Assembly (NCBI GenBank): GCA_963665115.1 | Contig: OY762007.1 | Location: forward strand, 1,856,001-1,920,000 | Direction of reading: 5' to 3' | Length of the DNA stretch: 64,000 nucleotides | DNA from: an uncultured Rivularia sp. | GTDB lineage: Bacteria > Cyanobacteriota > Cyanobacteriia > Cyanobacteriales > Nostocaceae | Shown: in pieces, positions 57,806 to 64,000 of the stretch | Numbering within the stretch: the first letter of the stretch is position 1 | How the letters are laid out: each line of letters starts with the position of its first letter | Notes under the pieces: model-generated | Databases searched by the model: none | What the model was told of the DNA's origin: nothing | The model's input: the letters and a program-made list of their open reading frames with translations, nothing else | Position numbers and translations under genes: made by a program

Positions 57806-58993
57806 GTGTCAATATATTTGTTTATAAATAGCTTTGTGATTGAGAAAATTCTACTTTTCCAAAAATACGATCGTAAAGAGTGGCAACAGCAGCTTGTCTC
57901 TTCTCTTCCCCAAATAACAACAATTGTTTCTCAACTAGCTGTGGGAATTATTGCAGGTTTAGTATTTAACTGGTTACAAATTCCTGTAGGTTGGTTGTTG
58001 GGTTCGATGATTGGAGGAATTGTCTATTCAGCGATTCAAGGTAATCCCCAGCCATTACCGAAGATGTTCATTACTGTAGGTAAAGCGTTTATCGCTCTTT
58101 ATACTGCGGCACGTTTTTCTTGGGACACGATAAATGTTGCTGCAACTTATGCCGTACCATTACTGTTGTGCGTGTTGATTTCTGGCGCTTTAAGCTTGTT
58201 TCATGGATATCTATTATCTCGCCTATCTGGTATAGATAGAGTTACGGGGTTAGTTGCGTTTATCCCTGGTGCTGCTTCTAGTATTGTCCCTATAGCAGAA
58301 GAAATGGGAGCAGATGCAGTCGCGGTAGCAGTATTTCAATCAATACGTTTATTGCTAGTAGTATTGTTGATACCCAGCGCCGCCGGTTTCTTTTTCCCAG
58401 TCGATTTGAATGACTCCATGATGATGACAATCGCACCAACGATAGCAAATAATCCTTCAATTCCGATGTGGTTAAATTTGATTGTATTAGCTGGATGTTG
58501 CGTTGTGGGAGTGTGGGGTGGAAATCGTTTAGCTTTACCTGCTTCTGGGTTTTTAGGCACATTTATAGTAGGTTTAGCGGTGTTTTGGAGTTGTCCCTAT
58601 AATTTAGTGATTCCTCAATGGTTATTTGCTACGGGATTATTATGTGTAGGGCTTTCGATTGGGGTTAAATTCGATCTTAAAACGGTGAATAAACTTATCA
58701 AAGCGGTGTTAATTGAAATCGTTTTAGTAGTTTCTTTGATTCTTTTATGTCTTGGTATTGGTTACGAATTTCATGTATTTACTCACGTTGATACTATTAC
58801 TTCTTTATTAGGATTTACTCCCGGAGGATTGGAAGCAATGGTTGCTACCGTAATGCAATTGGGTGGTGACACAGGTTTAGTATTGGCGATGCAGTTAACC
58901 CGAATGTTGATTATTATCGCTTTGGGGCCTTGGTTGGTGAAGTTTGTAATGAAAGCAGCGAACAGTGAGGAGTTAGGAGAGAGTAGTGAGTAG
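57806..58993 (+). CDS. AbrB-family (putative ammonia monooxygenase-like) membrane protein
   Basis: Two internal repeats with PGAAS...QSIRL and PGGLEAM...QLTRM; start may be GTG at 57835. Confidence 0.85.
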   Translation: MSIYLFINSFVIEKILLFQKYDRKEWQQQLVSSLPQITTIVSQLAVGIIAGLVFNWLQIPVGWLLGSMIGGIVYSAIQGNPQPLPKMFITVGKAFIALYTAARFSWDTINVAATYAVPLLLCVLISGALSLFHGYLLSRLSGIDRVTGLVAFIPGAASSIVPIAEEMGADAVAVAVFQSIRLLLVVLLIPSAAGFFFPVDLNDSMMMTIAPTIANNPSIPMWLNLIVLAGCCVVGVWGGNRLALPASGFLGTFIVGLAVFWSCPYNLVIPQWLFATGLLCVGLSIGVKFDLKTVNKLIKAVLIEIVLVVSLILLCLGIGYEFHVFTHVDTITSLLGFTPGGLEAMVATVMQLGGDTGLVLAMQLTRMLIIIALGPWLVKFVMKAANSEELGESSE

Positions 58994-59347
58994 TGAGTAG
59001 TGAGTAGTAAGTAGTGAGTAGTTAGTAGTGAGTAGTAAGTAGTGAGTAATAAGTAGTAAGTAGTAAGTAATAAGTAGTGAGTAGTGAGTAGTGAGTAGCA
59101 GTCCTTTTCATTAATTTTAATGGGTTGTAGAGACGTAGCAATGCTACGTCTCCCGACGTTAGGTCGAAAACGAACCCATCAGAATTTATGCAATCAACTA
59201 GTAGTAGTCCTTTTCATCAGTTCCGATGGGTCGTAGAGACGTTATACATAACGTCTCCCGAAGGTTACGGGAAAAACGAACCCTTCAGAATTTATGCAAT
59301 CAACTAGTAGTAAGTAGTGAGTAATAAGTAGTGAGTAGTAAGTAGTT
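58983..59347. repeat. TAGTGAG/TAGTAAG heptamer array containing two tandem ~101-bp structured units
   Basis: Units at 59100-59200 and 59206-59306 (period 106). Confidence 0.9.
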
Positions 59348-59465
59348 AAGAATTTTTCTCCCCATCTGCCAAGAGTAGGTATAAATTTACTCTACTTTTT
59401 CAAAATTACTAAAGTTAAACTAGTGAGAATATATTCTTAGCGATATTTCATCACCCCGATTAAAA

Positions 59466-60800
59466 ATGCTATCTCTATCTACTATTTTTATTCCTCACGG
59501 ACACTGTTATCTATGGAAAACTGGATTGGTTTCGCTGCATCTAATCTCAGATTCTTTGATTACGGTGGCTTATTTTTTAATTCCTATCATGCTTGTCTAT
59601 ATTGTCCATAACCGAGATGATGTTCCTTTTGATTGGATATTTCTTTGTTTTGGTGCTTTTATTATTTTGTGTGGGTTTACCCATTTAGCGGAGGTTTGGA
59701 CGTTATGGCATCCGAATTATTGGGTTTCTGGTTGGTTAAAAGCTTCGACTGCGGCAATATCTTTAGGTACGGCAGTTTTGCTTTTTTGGTTAACTCCAAA
59801 GCTGCTAGCGATTCCTAATGTTCCAAAGTTGGCAGCGTTAAATATTGCTTTAGAAAAAGAAATTATTGAAAGAAAACAAATAGAAACAAAGTTAAGTTTA
59901 CAAACTCAACATTTAGAAGAAACTTTATTGGAACTCCAGCGTACTCAAGCTCAGATGATTCATACGGAGAAAATGTCTGGTTTGGGACAAATGGTAGCGG
60001 GGATAGCTCATGAAATCAATAATCCAGTTAGCTTTGTTTATAGCAATCTTGTTCCTGCAAGAGAATATGCTCAAGATTTCATCGAATTATTAGAACTTTA
60101 TCAGCAAGAATATTCTCAGCCTCTGGCAAAAATTCAAGAGAAAATAGAAGAAATCGATTTGGATTTTATGAAAGAAGATTTTATGAAATTGCTGAATTCG
60201 ATGGAGGTAGGAACCGAGCGTATTTATAAAATTATTTTATCGCTGCGTAATTTCTCTCGTTTGGATGAAGCTGATTTTAAAAAAGTAGATATTCATGATG
60301 GGATTGATAGTACTTTGATGCTTCTAAGAAATCAGTTAAAAGCAACATCAAAACGTTCTGAGATTAAAGTAATTAAAGAATATGGCGATATTCCTAATGT
60401 GGAATGCTATCCTAGTCAGCTAAATCAAGTATTTATGAATATTCTTGCTAATGCTATTGATGCTTTTGAGGAAAAATCAGATAACCAAAAAGTTAATTCT
60501 AACCAGATTGTAGTTTCTACTCAAAAAAATGATAACTTTGTCAAAATCATCATTGCTGACAATGCTTGTGGGATTCCTCATGAGATATATCCAAGAGTAT
60601 TTGACCCATTTTTTACAACGAAGCAAGTTGGAAAAGGTACGGGTTTGGGTTTATCTATCAGTTATGAAATAGTTACAGATAAACACGGAGGAAAATTATC
60701 TTTTGACTCTACTCTCATGCAAGGAACTAAATTTTTGATTGAAATTCCTGTTGCTCATAAAAATAAGTTAGTAGAGAAATTAGTAGAGAAAAAGAAATAG
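59466..60800 (+). CDS. Histidine kinase with N-terminal ethylene-receptor-type binding domain
   Basis: SDSLITVAYFLIP and FIILCGFTH; AHEINNP H-box; N, D, F, G boxes. Confidence 0.88.
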   Translation: MLSLSTIFIPHGHCYLWKTGLVSLHLISDSLITVAYFLIPIMLVYIVHNRDDVPFDWIFLCFGAFIILCGFTHLAEVWTLWHPNYWVSGWLKASTAAISLGTAVLLFWLTPKLLAIPNVPKLAALNIALEKEIIERKQIETKLSLQTQHLEETLLELQRTQAQMIHTEKMSGLGQMVAGIAHEINNPVSFVYSNLVPAREYAQDFIELLELYQQEYSQPLAKIQEKIEEIDLDFMKEDFMKLLNSMEVGTERIYKIILSLRNFSRLDEADFKKVDIHDGIDSTLMLLRNQLKATSKRSEIKVIKEYGDIPNVECYPSQLNQVFMNILANAIDAFEEKSDNQKVNSNQIVVSTQKNDNFVKIIIADNACGIPHEIYPRVFDPFFTTKQVGKGTGLGLSISYEIVTDKHGGKLSFDSTLMQGTKFLIEIPVAHKNKLVEKLVEKKK

Positions 60801-61021
60801 AAAAACTAGTTGAAAAATAAGCCTGGTATTTTTTATAATACCAGATTTAGAGAGTAGGGAGTTCGTAGATTGGTTTAGACACGTTAGCCTTAGCGAAGCG
60901 TCTCCCGGAGGGAGATAGCGTGTCCGGAGGACATAAACCAATTTAATTTGTAGCAAGAATCCATATTCATCGTGTCTTAGTCCAACATCACCCCGAAGGA
61001 TAAACAATATTATTGCTCGAA

Positions 61022-61150
61022 CGAAACGAACGGTATATTTGGTGACGTACTCACACCTCTCTTCGAGTAGGTGTGAGCTTCTCAGCGACTCGTCTTTGAC
61101 GACATAAACTGAGCTTTTAGGGCGTGCGTCCCACGCACCTTGATGTTCCG
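61022..61150 (-). ncRNA. omegaRNA/reRNA of the tnpB element; guide CAAATATACCGTTCGTTTCG from flanking DNA
   Basis: Structured right end overlapping the tnpB 3' end, as established for TnpB systems; 5' end uncertain. Confidence 0.7.
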
Positions 61151-62266
61151 CGCTGCGTTCAAGTCCCGGCAGATGGTGGTTTTGCACACTGGGCAATTAT
61201 GCATTCTTTGAGACAGCGGCTTTTTGACAATATGACCACAACTAGAACAAGATTGACTTGTACCGTTGGGATTCACAGCAATAACTTTCAAACCAGCATT
61301 TTCGGCTTTGTTTGTCAGTATACAAATGAATTGACCCCAACCAGCATCATTAATTGATTTAGCTAATCTTGTTTTAACAAGTCCTTTGATATTCAGCTTT
61401 TCAACTACTACGACATCGTATTTGTCTAGTAGTTTTTTAGCTGTTTTAAAGTGAAAATCTTTTCGGGTATCAGCTACCTTTTTATGTCTAATACCTAACT
61501 TTTTAATTGCTTTTTTGCGACGATTTGAGCCAATATGCCGCCGCGATACTTTACGTTGTGCTGCGGATAATTTACGTTGTGCTTTTCGTAAATGTTTTGG
61601 TGCAGCAATTCGGGTATTATCAGAAGCTACATAAAAATCAATCAGCCCAACATCAATACCTACAATATTATCAGCATTGAAATCTGGTTTAATTGTTGGG
61701 ACTTCTTTGTTATCAAGACTTAAAGTTACATAGTAACCGCTAGCTTTTTTCGTTACAGATAGGGTTTTGATAACGAAACCATCTGGGATAGGTCGGTGTA
61801 CAATTACTTTTACCTCACCAATTTTTGATAGCGTAATTTTATTACCAACTTTAGGATGCTGTTTGAATTGTTTATATGTAAATGTTTTATAACGTCCTAC
61901 ACCTTTAAATCTTGGACGACCAGAACGCTTACCGTTACTATCACCTTTGAGCCATCTATCAAAAGTTTTTTCTACTTTGTCAGATACAGCTTGAAGTACC
62001 TGGCTATGAATTTTTTTGTACCAAGGTCTATCTTTTTTTAGTTGAACTAAACTTTTTTCTTGGCTTACTTTGTTCGGTTTATTTTTTAATTCTGGAAGAT
62101 GACAAACAAGAGGGCATCTATCAATAGAACAGCGATTCTGTTCGTACCAATCAAACCGCTGTGCAAGCTGATAATTATATTGACAACGCAACATATCGAG
62201 TGTGTTATCAATAATTTCTCGTTGCTCTTTATTCGGCTTTAATCGGTATTGATAAGAAATTCTCAT
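61082..62266 (-). CDS. tnpB: RNA-guided endonuclease TnpB
   Basis: N-terminal YQYRLKP HTH; RuvC GIDVG, VVE, RDLNAARNI; zinc finger CSSC/CPVC. Confidence 0.95.
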   Translation of the reverse strand: MRISYQYRLKPNKEQREIIDNTLDMLRCQYNYQLAQRFDWYEQNRCSIDRCPLVCHLPELKNKPNKVSQEKSLVQLKKDRPWYKKIHSQVLQAVSDKVEKTFDRWLKGDSNGKRSGRPRFKGVGRYKTFTYKQFKQHPKVGNKITLSKIGEVKVIVHRPIPDGFVIKTLSVTKKASGYYVTLSLDNKEVPTIKPDFNADNIVGIDVGLIDFYVASDNTRIAAPKHLRKAQRKLSAAQRKVSRRHIGSNRRKKAIKKLGIRHKKVADTRKDFHFKTAKKLLDKYDVVVVEKLNIKGLVKTRLAKSINDAGWGQFICILTNKAENAGLKVIAVNPNGTSQSCSSCGHIVKKPLSQRMHNCPVCKTTICRDLNAARNIKVRGTHALKAQFMSSKTSR

Positions 62267-62335
62267 TAATAAATCCCTCTTGCTATCGACCTATTGATAT
62301 ATTAACATATATGTGTAGTTATTGTGTAGATTATC

Positions 62336-62512
62336 ATGAAAAACAAAGCACTAAATTTAAGAATTAGCGAAAAAAGATTAAATATTCTTAGAGCTTATGC
62401 TTTAGATAGAGATAAAACAATGACGGCAATTGTAGAAGAATGGATTGACTCGTTATCTGTTAAAACTCTGCCCGCGATTCATCTCAACACCGATTCAAAG
62501 AATTCGGTGTGA
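62336..62512 (+). CDS. Small ribbon-helix-helix (CopG/ParG-like) protein inside the IS, divergent from tnpB
   Basis: 58 aa MKNKALNLRISEKRLNILRAYALDRDKTMTAIVEEWIDSL...; below the ORF-track cutoff. Confidence 0.75.
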   Translation: MKNKALNLRISEKRLNILRAYALDRDKTMTAIVEEWIDSLSVKTLPAIHLNTDSKNSV

Positions 62513-62656
62513 GCCTTCTCGCGGTTGATGGTAAATTTCGATCGGTTCTTAGTTTGTCGCTTTAGCTTGAAATCCGAGGACTTTAGTCCTGATTACAAAC
62601 CTGCATATGGTTTTATATATGGAAATTCGGGAGGCAAATCTATCTATCGTTGCGAA

Positions 62657-63455
62657 TCATTCTAAAATAGGTTCTAAGTGAGAGGAAATTGTTAACGCAC
62701 CACCATTAACTTGCATCACTTGACCGTTGACAAAACCGCTATTCTCTGAAGCAAGATACAAACAAGCCTCTGCGATGTCTTCACAAGCTCCCAAACGACG
62801 CACGGGTATGAGCTTTTTTAAAAGTTCGTATTTAGCCTCTAAGTTCGGGTAATCTTGAGCAATACGGTTAGTATCAATTGTGCCGGGGCTAATTGCATTT
62901 GCGGTGATTCCGTATTGTCCTAATTCTGTGGCAAGTCCTTTAACCAAAGCATCCAAACCCCCTTTACAAGTAACGTTATGAGCGCGGTGGGATGCTCCGA
63001 TTGTTCCATCAAAACCAGAAATATGAATGATTCGCCCCCATCCTCTCTCTTTCATTCCCGCTACTGCTGCTTTGGCAAGATAAAATGCTGAATTTAAGTT
63101 TGTGTTGATAACTTGATGCCAATCTTCAATGGAAATATCAAAGAAAGGTTGTTTCCGTCTCAAGGAAACATTAGAAACAATAATATCAACTGCACCAAAC
63201 TTTTGAGTAGCAGTATCAACCATTTTTTGAACTGCATCAGCATCGCTCACGTCTGCCATGACTGCAATTGCTTGAGCGCCTAAATCGCGAGCTTCTTGAG
63301 CAACTTTTTCAATTTTTTCTCGATTGCGATGGCCATTAATTACAACATTCGCGCCGCATGATGCAAAAAGTAACGCGATCGCTCTACCAATATTTTGACC
63401 GGAAACCCGTAACTATAGTTGTTTTTCCTAGCAAACTTTTATTGCGATCGATCAT
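62657..63455 (-). CDS. Short-chain dehydrogenase/reductase; +1 frameshift at 63403-63405, probably sequencing error
   Basis: Removing one base restores MIDRNKSLLGKTTIVTGSGQNIGRAIA (TGxxxxIG); C-terminal NAISPG, VNGQVMQVNGG. Confidence 0.88.
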
Positions 63456-64000
63456 TATTTAATTTAACCTCTTTATAATTTTTTATACTGACTTATAGTA
63501 CTATTCTCAGCAAGTTCAAATGAACCCGGTTTTTTATCGATCGCACAACGAAAAAATCGTATTTGCTCGAAAATAAACCCGGCTTCTGAAAAAGGTGCAA
63601 GATGTAAATATCGCGAGAAAATAAATAAGTTTGTACATTCTACTACTCGAACTGCTCGTATTTAAATAAAATTATTTGAAGCAAGATTAATTTCTGTAAA
63701 ATCATCGAATTGTGTAAGAAAAGTCAGAAAAGTCAGAAAAGTTAGAAAATTAAATAAAACTCAGTATATTTTCTGTACTCTGCTCCCTATTTAGATTCGG
63801 TAATTTTATTAATAAAACCGGATTTGTATATATCAAAAATAATTTTATTTTCAAAAATAGAATAACGCAAAACCAAATTGTTGTAAAATAAATCAAGCTG
63901 TTGTGAAATGTAATATAGTCAATGTTATTAAGTAAGTTAGCGATTATTGACTCTACTTTGCGTGAAGGCGAACAATCTTGCTATGCTAACTTTTCTTCTA

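Larger units (their letters stand above)
61042..62524 (-). mobile_element. IS200/IS605-family (IS1341-like, tnpA-less) element
   Basis: Subterminal hairpins at both ends sharing GAAG(G)CTCACACC...GGTGT(T)GAG; right end stops at TCAC (61042-61045); TCAA precedes the left end. Confidence 0.9.

Noticed and set aside
19642..58562. Short antisense or alternate-frame ORFs overlapping long genes (e.g. 19642, 33182, 42129, 47769, 51014, 58290)
   Set aside because: Shadows of well-supported genes with no independent motifs.
58983..59347. Possible CRISPR array
   Set aside because: Only two ~100-bp units without unique spacers, embedded in heptamer repeats; no cas genes in the window.
60780..61196. 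138-aa ORF downstream of tnpB
   Set aside because: Overlaps tnpB, the omegaRNA and nested repeats; no recognisable domain.
61082..62266. TnpB as nuclease-dead TldR or as Cas12f
   Set aside because: RuvC D/E/D residues are intact, IS ends are present and there is no CRISPR array.

Overview
AT-rich cyanobacterial chromosome segment (frequent HIP1 GCGATCGC, STRR heptamer tracts; gene content typical of heterocyst-forming Nostocales). It holds a complete minus-strand rRNA operon (16S-tRNA-Ile-tRNA-Ala-23S-5S), housekeeping genes (hisH, argS, nadC, gloB, dprA), a 7-gene cyanobacterial Mrp Na+/H+ antiporter operon, an exopolysaccharide cluster, an adenylate cyclase, an ethylene-binding-domain histidine kinase, a RelBE-type TA pair, and many pseudogene fragments and miniature repeats. 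Most notable: (i) a tnpA-less IS200/IS605 element encoding catalytically intact TnpB plus an unannotated divergent ribbon-helix-helix gene; (ii) 13.5 kb away, a 241-bp protein-free relative that keeps both element ends and an omegaRNA scaffold with compensatory base changes (candidate trans-acting guide RNA); (iii) a two-gene LRV-repeat / NuiA-like cassette present intact on one side of the mrp operon and collapsed on the other. Six apparent +1 frameshifts fall in three recurring sequence contexts and are probably sequencing errors. No CRISPR array was seen. All family assignments are by eye, without database searches.
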